A program made the translations under genes and the position numbers. A stretch of 64,000 nt of DNA, from assembly GCA_963707505.1 (NCBI GenBank), contig CAVPQB010000001.1:147222-211221 (forward strand), written 5' to 3'. Positions within the stretch are counted from its first letter, which is position 1. Every line of letters begins with the position of its first letter. The DNA comes from an uncultured Gemmatimonadales bacterium. GTDB lineage: Bacteria > Gemmatimonadota > Gemmatimonadetes > Gemmatimonadales > Gemmatimonadaceae. Under the pieces are notes generated by a model. The model was not told where the DNA came from, ran no database searches, and saw only the letters and a list, made by a program, of their open reading frames with translations. Shown here piece by piece: positions 40,101 to 49,546 of this stretch.

Positions 40101-40376
40101 CGTCTCAACAGTACGCTCGGTGGATTACTCGAAACCATAGATGGAGTCGATGCACGCCCAACGACGCAGGCGACTGCTGCCGTCGCCGCATTGCAGCAGC
40201 AGCTCGATGCTGCAATCGTCGACTGGAACAGAGTCAAGGGACCGGAGCTCGATGCTTTGAACGCCAAGCTCAAGACGGCTGGGATTCCCGCTGTCGCGAT
40301 TCCTTCGGACCTCACGCCCTATCGCAATTCACTCCAGCAGGGAGAAACCGCCGACAAGGACGACGACGAGCCCTGA
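37194..40376 (+). CDS. Large secreted VPS10/sortilin-like BNR-repeat protein (putative glycosyl hydrolase)
   Basis: YRLIGPFRGGR, many T/S-x-D-x-G-x-T-W boxes, NPPDGAIIDYYL, PGSYTVRL. Confidence 0.85.
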   Translation: MRFSCIAPLVAVAAITAVPFAAQSQAIDPAMYSSLRYRLIGPFRGGRTVGAAGIPDQPNTFYVGVNNGGVWKTTDAGRTWNPIFDSESTGSIGTLTLAPSDPNIIYVGSGEGLRRPDLSTGNGIYKSIDAGRTWRHLGLRDGQQIASIIVDPSNPNRVFAAVLGHPYGPNPERGIFRSTDGGENWTRVLYKDENTGGVDLAFDPTNPQIIYASMWASRRPPWTVGSPYDGDGSGLFKSTDGGNTWHQLSRGLPTRAQGLGRIGFTVAPSDHNRMYALVDAKPDVGGLYRSDDAGESWTRVNHEERIWGRGNDFAWVRTDPRNPDEIYVCNTSTYRSMDGGATFTAIKGAPGGDDYHAIWINPLHPEILLLAVDQGATISVNGGKTWSSWYNQPTAAFYHVATDNRFPYQVYGGQQESGSAAVASRGNDGAITFREFHPVGTEEYGYVAPDPLDSNIVFGGKATRYDRVTGQNQNVAPEAIRDGKYRFNRTAPLIFSYADPHTLFLASNVLFRTRNGGQSWDVISPDLTREDPGIPATLGEFVKADPAHGHHRGVIYSIAPSYRDANVIWVGTDDGLIHVTRDGGKTWSNVTPSSITPWSKIAQLDASHFDDQTVYAAVNRFRLDDLHPHIYRTHDGGKTWKEIDTGLPDDAPVNTVREDPVRKGLLYAGTETSVYVSFDDGDHWQSLRQNLPATSIRDLVVKDSDLVVATHGRSLWILDDVTPLRQLSVQTAHETAHLFAPEATFRVHRDTYTDTPLPPEEPVGQNPPDGAIIDYYLGSAPKSPVTLEILDASGKLVHRYASNDRPEITEKEIDALNVPAYWIRRPRILSAAPGVHRWIWNLHYSDPSVLMHQYPISAIYMDTPRLPLGPAALPGSYTVRLTVDGKSYTQPLVVKMDPRVHTSVADLEQQFALATHIASMIERDFDAVVEGRALLNQLQETKTHNPNASATVRAAIDTLHAHVEALRITRLNSTLGGLLETIDGVDARPTTQATAAVAALQQQLDAAIVDWNRVKGPELDALNAKLKTAGIPAVAIPSDLTPYRNSLQQGETADKDDDEP

Positions 40377-40420
40377 TCCGGCGCTGCTCGACCTTAGGGG
40401 GAGGAGGCGGAATTGGCCAA

Positions 40421-40480
40421 CTCCTGAAAAACCAGTTGACAATCTCGGGGCAAGGACATAATCTCCTGAAAAGTCAGGAG
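40421..40480 (+). promoter_or_regulatory. Promoter and operator pair upstream of the blaI-like gene
   Basis: TTGACA (40436), 17 nt, TAATCT; palindrome CTCCTGA-N4-TCAGGAG at 40463-40480; degenerate copy at 40421-40438. Confidence 0.7.
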
Positions 40481-40502
40481 TTCACCCTTTCCCCGAGTGG
40501 TT

Positions 40503-40868
40503 ATGTACTTTCCGCCGCGTGAACTGGAAGTAATGAGCATCCTCTGGCGCCTCGGGTCCGCGAACGTGGCGGAAGTCCGCGCCGAGTTGAAGGACTCACT
40601 CGCGTACAACTCCGTGCTCTCCGCACTGCGGACACTCGAGGAGAAGAATTGCGTGCGACATGAGCCGGAGGGTCGCGCGCACAGATACTTCCCCACCATC
40701 GACGCACGGCGCGCAGGCAAGAGCGCACTCGCACGAATCAGGGAATCGATATTCGAAGGCTCCGCCGAGCGCATGTTCGCGCAGCTCGTCTCCGACCGGC
40801 GCATCAGTAACGCGGAGCTCGAGCGCATGCAGCGTCTCATAGCGGAGCGCCTGGAGCGCGAGCCGTGA
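40503..40868 (+). CDS. BlaI/MecI/CopY family repressor
   Basis: RELEVMSILW, LAYNSVLSALRTLEEK, GRAHRYFP, FEGS. Confidence 0.92.
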   Translation: MYFPPRELEVMSILWRLGSANVAEVRAELKDSLAYNSVLSALRTLEEKNCVRHEPEGRAHRYFPTIDARRAGKSALARIRESIFEGSAERMFAQLVSDRRISNAELERMQRLIAERLEREP

Positions 40869-42384
40869 CCGCGGCGTTCGTCGTCTACGTTCTGATCGTG
40901 ACGCTGCCGCTCATCGGCGGCGCGGTGTTGACGGAGAAGATGCTTCAGCTCTGGAAGTGGCCGGTACGTGGTGCATGGGCAGCAACCGCAATCGCGATCA
41001 TGCTCATCGGTGGACGGACGGTGGTGCAACAGATGGCGCCGGCGCAGATACCGCTGGCAATTACGTCGATAAATAGCGTGACGGCGGTCCATCACGCTGA
41101 TGCCGGTGCAATGGCCAGCCTTGCGGCCTTGCGCGCGTTGCGAGCAACGTGATCTCCTTCCCGCGCTCTGCCGCCGCGTACGCGGCGCACGCTGTTGGAC
41201 CGGAGCAGAGTCGCGTTCTCGCAGCACTTTGGTGCGTTGCAAGCGCCGTCATGTTGATCTTCGTCTGTATTGTCTATGCGCGCGTATGGTACGTTGCGCG
41301 CCGTTGGACGGTGACCGAGTTCGCGGGTCAGACGGTGCGTGTAGCTCCGCATGCGGGTCCGGCTGTCATCGGTCTCTTCCGCCCGGAGGTTGTTGTACCG
41401 CACTGGATGCTCGAGTACGGCACCGGCGACAGCAGGCTCGTCGTAATGCACGAGACGGAGCATCAGCGAGCACGAGATCCGCTGCTACTCGCAGCCATGT
41501 GGACGCTTGTCGCACTGATCCCGTGGCATCCCGGCGCATGGTATTGTCTCGCCCGCACCCGTCTTGCGATCGAGCTCGACTGCGACGCACGCGTGGTACG
41601 GCGCGGTGCCTCGCTCAGAACATATGCGGAGTTGCTGTTGAATCAGGCGAGAGTGCGACTCACCGCACCCGCGCATTTGTGGCTCGGAGCGACGTCGCTC
41701 CTCGAGCCGTCTTCCCACCTCGAACGGAGACTGAACGCCATGATACCCCACAACGATTCTTCTGTCGCACAGCGGCCCGTCATGCGCTATTTGCGGACTC
41801 TGTCGTATCTTGCGATCGTATCGACGATTGCTATCGCCGCATGCGAGTCACACGTTCCAACTGCAGCAGACATAAGCGGGCTCGATGCCGCATCGGCAGA
41901 GACCAACGCACGCAAGGTATCCATCATCGACGACCATCCGGTAACGTTCTACGTCGACAACGTCAAAGTCTCCGCGGACAGCGCCCACGCGATCGACGCG
42001 AAAAGCATCTCTTCCATCCGCGTCGTGAAGGGAAGCAAGCTGGCCAGCGGAAACCAGATATGGATTACTGTGCCGGACTCCGTATACCACGTTCGCGCGA
42101 TGGACTCGGTCAGGGTCGATGGAAACCATGAGAAAACCTTCCGGATGGACATGGCGCCACTGTCTGGCCCAGTACCAGATCAGTCCACAATGACCGCCAG
42201 GAAGAAGCAGCCGTTCACCGGCGCAGTCACGATCGACGGCGTAGCATCGGATCTCGCGGCGATGAGAGCGATCGACCCGAGCCAGATCGCGAGCGTCGAT
42301 GTCTTCAAGGGTCCGGCCGCGTTGGAGCAGTCGTCAGATCCGCGCGCGAAGGACGGACTCATTCGCATCACGCTCAAGCACTGA
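40865..42384 (+). CDS. M56 (BlaR1-like) metallopeptidase with C-terminal TonB-plug-like repeats; frameshift near 41145
   Basis: GPAVIGLFRP, HETEH, PWHP, ELDCD, LERRL; N-terminal TM part is in 40865..41152. Confidence 0.85.
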
Positions 42385-42400
42385 GTCGATCGCGTAGTAT

Positions 42401-42457
42401 CGTCATTTCCGCGAAAGCAGCCCAGGACTCGTCATTCCCGCGAAAGCGGGGATGACG
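42401..42457. repeat. CGTC-type REP copies forming a hairpin between convergent genes
   Basis: CGTCATTTCCGCGAAAGC and CGTCATTCCCGCGAAAGCGGGGATGACG. Confidence 0.8.
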
Positions 42458-42492
42458 ATGCGCCTGGGTGCCCAGCCTTCGGGATGGCGACC

Positions 42493-42954
42493 TTACCCCG
42501 GCTCTCCCGCCAGCCCCTTGATCTTCCGCACAGTCCGCTCGCGCGCCTGCACCGACCGGCAGATGATCAGAATCGTATCATCGCCACCCACAGTACCAAG
42601 TATGTCCGGCCAGCCCTCGCCATCCAGCGCACTCGCGATCGGCTGCGCGCCGCCTGGAACCGTTCGCAGCACCGCCATCTCGCTCACCCCGTCGATCCGC
42701 ATGAACAGCTGGGGCAGCAACGTATCGAGCGCTACTCGCGCCTCTTCGATGTGTCCGTCGGTCACGGCGTAGCGCGCACCCTCCGCCGTCGGCACCCGCG
42801 CTATCCGTAGCTCCCTGAGGTCTCGCGAAAGTGTGGCCTGCGTAACGTCCCAATCGCGCCTCAAAAGCAACTTCCTGAGATCTTCCTGACTCACCACCGG
42901 ATGGTTTTCTATGGTCTCCAGGATGGCGTTCTGACGCTCGCGCTTGTTGGCCAT
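42493..42954 (-). CDS. argR: Arginine repressor
   Basis: SQEDL, VTQATLSRDLREL, RTVPGGA, LGTVGGDDT. Confidence 0.95.
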   Translation of the reverse strand: MANKRERQNAILETIENHPVVSQEDLRKLLLRRDWDVTQATLSRDLRELRIARVPTAEGARYAVTDGHIEEARVALDTLLPQLFMRIDGVSEMAVLRTVPGGAQPIASALDGEGWPDILGTVGGDDTILIICRSVQARERTVRKIKGLAGEPG

Positions 42955-43013
42955 TCGGAGAAGATAGCTCTCACTGGCCACACCGGGCCAGAATAGTTGC
43001 AATTCTCCTCCAG

Positions 43014-43052
43014 TCCGATTATTTATACATGTTAGTCGCATAAAATCTCATT
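43014..43052. promoter_or_regulatory. Tandem ARG boxes (18+3+18)
   Basis: TCCGATTATTTATACATG-TTA-GTCGCATAAAATCTCATT between argR and argG; canonical 3-bp spacing. Confidence 0.7.
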
Positions 43053-43074
43053 CCTACCCTGACAGAGTACCGCC

Positions 43075-44322
43075 ATGTCTTTCTCACCCAAGAAAATCGC
43101 CCTTGCCTACTCCGGAGGACTCGACACCTCGATCATCGTCCCCTGGCTCAAGGAGCGATTCCCGGGCGTCAAGGTAGTCTGTGTCGCCGCCGACATCGGC
43201 CAGGGCGACGAGCTCTCCGGCGTCAAGGCCAAGGCCATCGCCTCCGGCGCGGACGAGTGCTACGTCGAGGATCTGCGCGACGAATACGTCCGTGACTTCA
43301 TCTTCCCTACCCTGCGCGCCGGTGCCATCTACGGCCGCAAGTACCTGCTCGGCACATCCATGGGCCGGCCGCTCATTGCGCGCCGCCAGGTCGAGGTCGC
43401 ACGCGCAGTTGGCGCCGATGCGCTCGCACACGGCTGCACCGGCAAGGGCAACGATCAGGTTCGCTTCGAGCTCACCTATGCCGCCTTCGCACCGGATCTG
43501 CCCGTCATCGCGCCATGGCGCGAGTGGGACATCCGCAGCCGCGAGGACGCCATCGCCTACGCTGCCCGACATAACGTCCCGGTAGCTGCGACCAAGGAAA
43601 AGATCTACTCGCGCGACCGCAACATCTGGCACATCTCGCACGAAGGTGGCTGCCTCGAAGATCCGGCCCAGTCACCGCCGGATGATCTCTTCATGCTGTC
43701 CCAGTCACCCGAATCCGCACCCGACGTCTCCGAGGAAGTCACGATCACTTTCGACCGCGGAACGCCGGTCGCGGTCAACGGTCACGTAATGTCGCCGGTG
43801 ACGTTGCTCGCCACACTCAACGAGATCGGCGGACGCAACGGCGTTGGCCGCATCGATCTGGTCGAGGATCGCCTGGTCGGTATGAAGTCGCGCGGCATCT
43901 ACGAGACGCCGGGCGGCACGTTGCTGTACACCGCACACAGCGAGCTCGAGCAGCTCACGCTCGATCGCCGCACACTCGCAGCCAAGGATCTCATCGCCCC
44001 GCGTTACGCCGATCTTGTGTACGAGGGACGCTGGTGGACCGTCGAGCGCGAGTCCTACGACGCGTTCGTCAATGTCACGCAGGAAACCGTAACCGGTTCG
44101 GTCACGCTCCGTCTCTACAAGGGCAACGCGATCGTCGCCGGCCGCGAAAGCGCCTACGCGCTGTACGACGAGCGCTTCGTAACTTTCGGTGAGGACGACG
44201 TCTATCAGCAGAGCGATGCCGCCGGCTTCATTCGCCTGTTCGGTCTCTCCGCACGCGTCCGCGCGCTCCGCGACCAGGAACGCGCCGCCGAGGCAGCAAG
44301 CGGAGATCAACAGGCCGCATAG
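43075..44322 (+). CDS. argG: Argininosuccinate synthase
   Basis: LAYSGGLDTS, HGCTGKGNDQVRFE, KSRGIYETPGG. Confidence 0.97.
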   Translation: MSFSPKKIALAYSGGLDTSIIVPWLKERFPGVKVVCVAADIGQGDELSGVKAKAIASGADECYVEDLRDEYVRDFIFPTLRAGAIYGRKYLLGTSMGRPLIARRQVEVARAVGADALAHGCTGKGNDQVRFELTYAAFAPDLPVIAPWREWDIRSREDAIAYAARHNVPVAATKEKIYSRDRNIWHISHEGGCLEDPAQSPPDDLFMLSQSPESAPDVSEEVTITFDRGTPVAVNGHVMSPVTLLATLNEIGGRNGVGRIDLVEDRLVGMKSRGIYETPGGTLLYTAHSELEQLTLDRRTLAAKDLIAPRYADLVYEGRWWTVERESYDAFVNVTQETVTGSVTLRLYKGNAIVAGRESAYALYDERFVTFGEDDVYQQSDAAGFIRLFGLSARVRALRDQERAAEAASGDQQAA

Positions 44323-44370
44323 TCGCACGTCGCGTGGCGCGATTTTTCGGCCACGCGATACCTTACGTAA

Positions 44371-45780
44371 ATGACCGCCGACTCCCACAAACTCTGGGGT
44401 GGCCGCTTCGCCGCGCCCACCGCGCACGCACTCGACGCACTCAATCGCTCGATCGCCACCGATTTCCGTCTCTGGCCGTTCGACATCCGACTGTCCCAGG
44501 CGTGGGCCTCGGCGCTCGCTGAAGCCGGAGTCCTCACAGAAGAAGAGCGCGATCAGATCCGCGGTGGGCTCGATGTCGTCGCGGAAAAGCTCGCCAGAGG
44601 TGCTCAACCAGAAGACTCCGACGAAGATGTGCATACGATGATCGATCGCATGCTGCACATCGAGGTCGGCGAGCCCGCATCGCGCCTTCACACCGGCCGC
44701 TCACGCAACGACCAGGTAGCAACCGCTACGCGCATGTGGACGATGGACGCGTCCGCCAGAGTCGATTCCGCGATTCAGAATCTCCAGCGCGTAATGCTCG
44801 AGCACGCAGAACAATTGCGTACAACGCTGATCCCTGCGTACACGCACATGCAGCGCGCACAGCCGGTTTCCGCAGCTCACTGGATGCTCAGCCACTTCTG
44901 GCAGCTCGAGCGCGATCGCATTCGCGTCGCAAATGCCACAGCCTCCGCATCCAGCCTCCCACTAGGCTCCGGTGCGATCGCTGGAAGCGCATTCGCCGTT
45001 CCGCGTGATCAGATCCGCAAGGAGCTTGGCTTCGCGGGCATCTCCCAGAATTCGATAGACGCCACCGGCGATCGTGACTTCGTCGCTGATATGCTGTACG
45101 CCATGACGATGCTCGGCGTGCACCTGTCGCGTCTGAGCGAAGACCTGATCCTGTACGGCTCCAGTGAATTCGGATTCGTAACGTTCGGCGACACGTTCAG
45201 CACCGGCTCCAGCATGATGCCGCAGAAACGCAACCCCGATGCGCTCGAGATCGCACGCGGCTCCGCCGGAAGAATGCTCGGCAACCTCACTTCCATCGTG
45301 GCGACGATAAAGAGCCTGCCGAGTGGCTACAACAAGGATCTGCAGGACGACAAGCGCCCCATGTTCGACTCGGTCGACACCATGCTGCTCGTACTCCCGG
45401 CGGTCGCCGGCACACTGGGCGAGCTCCGGTTCAACGCGCAACGCATGCGCGCCGCTCTCTCATCCAGCATGATGGCAACGGACCTGGCCGACTATCTCGT
45501 CGCAAAGGGCACCACCTTCCGCGAAGCGCACGGCGTCGTGGGTACTCTGATTCGCACCAGCGAGACAAGCGGTATCGAGTTGGACAGGATGCCGTTCAAG
45601 ACATTTGCGGCTGCACATCCGTCATTCGATCACGATGTTTTCGACTGGCTCTCGCCTGACGCCTCGGTCGCTCGCCGCAACGTCCCTGGCGGAACAGGCC
45701 CCGATGCGGTAGATGATCAGATCACCGCCGCGCACGCGGCGCTCGGCGCGGCTGTCCGCAGGTTGCAGCTCATTCCCTGA
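44371..45780 (+). CDS. argH: Argininosuccinate lyase
   Basis: LWGGRF, HTGRSRNDQ, YTHMQRAQP, GSSMMPQKRNPD. Confidence 0.97.
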   Translation: MTADSHKLWGGRFAAPTAHALDALNRSIATDFRLWPFDIRLSQAWASALAEAGVLTEEERDQIRGGLDVVAEKLARGAQPEDSDEDVHTMIDRMLHIEVGEPASRLHTGRSRNDQVATATRMWTMDASARVDSAIQNLQRVMLEHAEQLRTTLIPAYTHMQRAQPVSAAHWMLSHFWQLERDRIRVANATASASSLPLGSGAIAGSAFAVPRDQIRKELGFAGISQNSIDATGDRDFVADMLYAMTMLGVHLSRLSEDLILYGSSEFGFVTFGDTFSTGSSMMPQKRNPDALEIARGSAGRMLGNLTSIVATIKSLPSGYNKDLQDDKRPMFDSVDTMLLVLPAVAGTLGELRFNAQRMRAALSSSMMATDLADYLVAKGTTFREAHGVVGTLIRTSETSGIELDRMPFKTFAAAHPSFDHDVFDWLSPDASVARRNVPGGTGPDAVDDQITAAHAALGAAVRRLQLIP

Positions 45781-45794
45781 ACTGAGGTGGTACG

Positions 45795-47321
45795 ATGTCT
45801 GCCACATCCGACGAAACACCCGCAGGCCCCGATCTCACCGCGGGAATTCCAGCGTCATCAGTCGCAGACGGCGCCATGCTGCTTGGCCATGTAGGTAACG
45901 ATCCTGTTCTGGTCGCGCGCACCGGTGGATCGCTTTACGCAATTGGCGCAACCTGTACGCACTACGGCGGACCACTCGCCGAAGGAATCATTGTCGGTGA
46001 TACCGTGCATTGCCCGTGGCATCATGCCTGCTTCAGCCTCAAGACGGGTGAGCCGTTGCGTGCACCGGCACTGGATCGTGTCGCGTGCTACCGCGTGGAG
46101 GAAAATGCGGGCAACGTGTTCGTGCGCAATACCATCGAGCCACCATCGGCGTACCTGCGCCCGCTTTCCAGTCCTCCCACATCGATCGTCATAATCGGCG
46201 CCGGTGCTGCCGGTGTCGCCGCCGCAGAAATGCTGCGCAGATGCGGATACACCAATTCCATCAAGCTCTTCGACCAGCTGCAGACGCCACCCGTAGATCG
46301 CCCCAATCTTTCCAAGGACTATCTCGCCGGCACGGCGGAAGAGGAATGGGTCAATCTCCGGCCCGATGATTTCTACACGTCGCACGACATCGAGCTGATT
46401 CGCGGCCGCCGCGTCAGTCGCATCGACACCAGGGCACACACCGTCGTCACGGACGATGGCGCGACTACGAAGTTCAGCGCGTTGCTTCTGGCGACAGGCA
46501 GCTCACCCGTACATCTTCCCGTACCAGGCGCCGATCTGCCGACCGTGCACTATCTGCGCACTCTCGACGACAGCAAGGCGATCATTGCCGCTACGCAAAC
46601 CGGCAAGCGTGCTGTCGTTATCGGTGCAAGCTTCATTGGTCTTGAGGTCGCTGCATCACTTCGCGCACGCAATGTGGAAGTCACAGTTGTTGCGCCGGAA
46701 TCCTTGCCACTCGAGCGGATACTTGGCGCCGAGCTTGGCAGGATGGTGAAGGCCCTGCACGAGAGTAAGGGAGTGACCTTCAGGCTGGGTGCGAACGTGA
46801 GGTCCATCACGTCGGATGCAGTCCAGCTCGCTGATGGCACATCGCTTCCGGCGGACTTCGTTGTCGTGGGGGTGGGGGTTCGTCCCGATGTTGCAATCGC
46901 GCAGGAAGCTGGTATCAAAGTCGATAACGGCGTCGTGGTCAGCGCGATACTCGAAACGTCCACTCCCGGAATTTTTGCTGCCGGTGATATCGCGTCGTGG
47001 CCGGATCCGCGCTCTGGCCGAATTCGTGTCGAGCACTGGGTCGTCGCGGAGCGGCAGGGACAGACCGCCGCGCGCAACATGCTCGGTGCAAATGAGCCCT
47101 TCACACTCACTCCGTTTTTCTGGAGCCGTCACTACGACCTGCAGATCAACTATGTCGGCCGGTCGTCCCGCGACGACAAGCGTAAGGTCGATGGTGATCC
47201 GATGAAGCATGACTGCACGGTGACATACACGTCGGGAGATGTTGTCAGCGCGCAGGCCGATGTCGGCCGAGATCAATCCAATCTACTGGCCGAAGCGCGC
47301 TTCGACGGCGAAATTGGGTAG
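45795..47321 (+). CDS. Rieske [2Fe-2S] fused FAD-dependent ferredoxin reductase-like protein
   Basis: CTHY...CPWH, GAGAAG, RPNLSK, ATG, GASFIGLE, RVEHW, PFFWS. Confidence 0.9.
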   Translation: MSATSDETPAGPDLTAGIPASSVADGAMLLGHVGNDPVLVARTGGSLYAIGATCTHYGGPLAEGIIVGDTVHCPWHHACFSLKTGEPLRAPALDRVACYRVEENAGNVFVRNTIEPPSAYLRPLSSPPTSIVIIGAGAAGVAAAEMLRRCGYTNSIKLFDQLQTPPVDRPNLSKDYLAGTAEEEWVNLRPDDFYTSHDIELIRGRRVSRIDTRAHTVVTDDGATTKFSALLLATGSSPVHLPVPGADLPTVHYLRTLDDSKAIIAATQTGKRAVVIGASFIGLEVAASLRARNVEVTVVAPESLPLERILGAELGRMVKALHESKGVTFRLGANVRSITSDAVQLADGTSLPADFVVVGVGVRPDVAIAQEAGIKVDNGVVVSAILETSTPGIFAAGDIASWPDPRSGRIRVEHWVVAERQGQTAARNMLGANEPFTLTPFFWSRHYDLQINYVGRSSRDDKRKVDGDPMKHDCTVTYTSGDVVSAQADVGRDQSNLLAEARFDGEIG

Positions 47322-47345
47322 CGTGATCCCTAACGCTCTGCCCGA

Positions 47346-47742
47346 ATGTTGACGATCTGGTACATCGCTGCCGGCAGCGCCCTCGGCGGTGCAGGCCGGT
47401 ATGTGATAGGGACCGCGCTGCAGCAGCGGTTCGGTCTCGCCTTCCCAGTCGGAACACTCATCGTCAACATTACCGGGAGTCTGCTGCTCGGCTTTCTTCT
47501 GCGCCTGGCGCTTGGCGGCAATCAGATATCGCCAGAGACGCGCATCTTTCTGACCACAGGATTCTGCGGCGGCTACACCACCTTCTCGACTTTCACCTAC
47601 GACACGGCGGTCATGGTCGAGAGTGGCCAGTATCGTCGCGCTGCGCTGTATATCACAGCTGAGCGTCGTTCTGTCGCTGGCCGCGACGTTCGGCGGCTTT
47701 GCACTTGCACAATCTGCTCTCACCTTCCGCAGCAGAGCCTGA
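47346..47742 (+). CDS. crcB: Fluoride channel CrcB/Fluc, +1 frameshift near 47658
   Basis: FPVGTLIVN, GFCGGYTTFSTF; TM4 (LSVVLSLAATFGGFALA) lies in the +1 frame and ends at TGA 47740-47742. Confidence 0.88.
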
Positions 47743-47744
47743 CG

Positions 47745-48161
47745 ATGACGATGCGTGGCCTCAAGGGCGAGCGCGTACTCATGCGCATTCACATTGGCGA
47801 GCGCGATAGATACGAGGGAAAGCCGTTGTACGAAGCACTCGTCAACCTGCTTCGCACTCACGGATATGCAGGCGCCACGGTTTTTCGAGGCGTCATGGGG
47901 TATGGCGCGAGTGGCCGGCTGGCGACCGATCATATGGAGCTGCTCGCCTTCGATCTCCCGCTCGTGATCGAGTGCGTGGATACCCAGGAAAAGATCGAGT
48001 CCATTCTGCCCGAGATAGATGTGATGATCGACGCCGGCCTCATCACGCTCGAGCGTGCAAAGGTGATTCTCTATCGAGGCAAGCGCAACGACTCACCACC
48101 GCACACGCTCCCTGAAGAGGACAGAATAGATATCACGGGCGACTGGCAGCAGCAGAAATGA
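47745..48161 (+). CDS. DUF190 domain (PII-like) protein
   Basis: RIHIGERD, GKPLYE, AGATVFRGVMGYG, DLPLVIE. Confidence 0.88.
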   Translation: MTMRGLKGERVLMRIHIGERDRYEGKPLYEALVNLLRTHGYAGATVFRGVMGYGASGRLATDHMELLAFDLPLVIECVDTQEKIESILPEIDVMIDAGLITLERAKVILYRGKRNDSPPHTLPEEDRIDITGDWQQQK

Positions 48162-48196
48162 AAACAGCCCCTGGTCCGATTGACCAGGGGCTGTTT
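48162..48196. terminator. Bidirectional terminator
   Basis: AAACAGCCCCTGGTC / GACCAGGGGCTGTTT between convergent genes. Confidence 0.8.
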
Positions 48197-48215
48197 GTCG
48201 TGCGTTACGGCGCTA

Positions 48216-48782
48216 CTAGAACATCACGCCGAACGTGATCGGAACGAAGCTGGTGCTTCCGCCACCGTCATTGTTGAAGTGGTTGTAGCGTGCTTCCACG
48301 AAGGCGTTGAAGCCGGACAACGGAATCGTCAGACCACCGCCGACGTCGAAACCGAACTTCGTGCCGCTGCTCGCGGAATACGTGCTGCCGCCCGACGACG
48401 TGCTGACGCCTGGCTTGAACCCACCAATGCCGCCGATGACGTACGGCCGAATTCCAGTCATCGTCGGAATGTCGTACACCGCGTTGGCCGTGTACGACCA
48501 TACGTGTGCGTTGGCGTTGCCGGATCCCTTCGCGCCGAAGTTGTCGTAGTTCACATCACCGCGAAAACCGATCGGTATCGCCGGCGATCCAAGTCCCACA
48601 TGGCCGCCGATGTTATACCCAGTGTTTACACTGTTCGACAAATCACCTGTCGGAATCGATGCGCCGCCAGAAAGGCCGAGCGAGAACGGTTTTGTCGCAC
48701 TCGTTACACTCTGCGCGCCTGCAACAGTTGCACTCGAGATGATAATGGCTGCAACTGCCGCAAACTTTGAAAGGCTTACCAT
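48216..48782 (-). CDS. Outer-membrane beta-barrel protein (OmpA/OmpW-like)
   Basis: Signal peptide, RPYVIGGIG, FVEARY, C-terminal aromatic residue (PITFGVMF). Confidence 0.85.
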   Translation of the reverse strand: MVSLSKFAAVAAIIISSATVAGAQSVTSATKPFSLGLSGGASIPTGDLSNSVNTGYNIGGHVGLGSPAIPIGFRGDVNYDNFGAKGSGNANAHVWSYTANAVYDIPTMTGIRPYVIGGIGGFKPGVSTSSGGSTYSASSGTKFGFDVGGGLTIPLSGFNAFVEARYNHFNNDGGGSTSFVPITFGVMF

Positions 48783-48945
48783 GAATTACTCCCCTGAGAG
48801 GTTCTAATCAAACGCGCCTCGGATTTTCAAAATCCGCGGCGCGACACTAACACTTTACTTCTATGCTAGGACGATTCAAGGGTTCCGCCGGAACAGGGAG
48901 AACATGCGTTTATTCGCTTGTTTGCCATATTCGTGCGGCGGATGT

Positions 48946-49491
48946 TTAGAACATCACGCCAAACGTGACTGGGATGTAGTGGATGGAGGTGTACGGCGTC
49001 GTCTCCGACCGATTCACGTCGTGGTATCGCGCCTCTATGAATGCCCCGATGCCGGTGTAGGGGAGCGGGAAGGCAACACCGGCACCGCCGTTCACGCCGA
49101 AGTCGTTTTCGCGCTTCACTGCGCCTGGCAGACGAAGTGGATACCAGCCTGCACCACCCATGAGATACGGCTTGACGTCGCCAACCCTGAATGCCACGAC
49201 GAGATTCGCCGTCAAGGAGTTTATGTGGATGTCCGGGACGCGCGCGCCGGCGACCGTCTTGCCGTTGAATCCGGCGTACTGGTAGTCGATCCGCATGCCG
49301 AGCGGAGATTCCCGGGGCCCGAGCGAAAGAGTCGCGAGGCCAGTTGCACCCGCCGAATAGGCGCCGTCAAGCTTTCCCACCGGGATTGCGGCACCTCCGG
49401 CGAGGCCCAGATGAATTGAGCTTTGGGCGCGCGCCGGAGGTGCCAGACTCATTCCGATTATGGCTGCTATAGCCACGGCCGAGTGCTTCAT
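48946..49491 (-). CDS. Outer-membrane beta-barrel protein, paralog of the neighbour
   Basis: Signal peptide, KPYLMGGAG, FIEARY, PVTFGVMF. Confidence 0.85.
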   Translation of the reverse strand: MKHSAVAIAAIIGMSLAPPARAQSSIHLGLAGGAAIPVGKLDGAYSAGATGLATLSLGPRESPLGMRIDYQYAGFNGKTVAGARVPDIHINSLTANLVVAFRVGDVKPYLMGGAGWYPLRLPGAVKRENDFGVNGGAGVAFPLPYTGIGAFIEARYHDVNRSETTPYTSIHYIPVTFGVMF

Positions 49492-49494
49492 GTA

Positions 49495-49546
49495 TATATC
49501 CTAAGATACTAGGTTAATTTTAAATATCCTCTTACTCTAGGATATT
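49495..49546. promoter_or_regulatory. Twin operator-like inverted repeats
   Basis: TATATCCT-N8-AGGTTAAT and AATATCCT-N8-AGGATATT in an AT-rich divergent gap. Confidence 0.65.

Noticed and set aside
47346..48161. Apparent novel CrcB-DUF190 fusion (271-aa ORF)
   Set aside because: CrcB TM4 and its own stop are intact in the +1 frame. One extra base near 47658 creates the fusion, and the junction peptide is nonsense-like.
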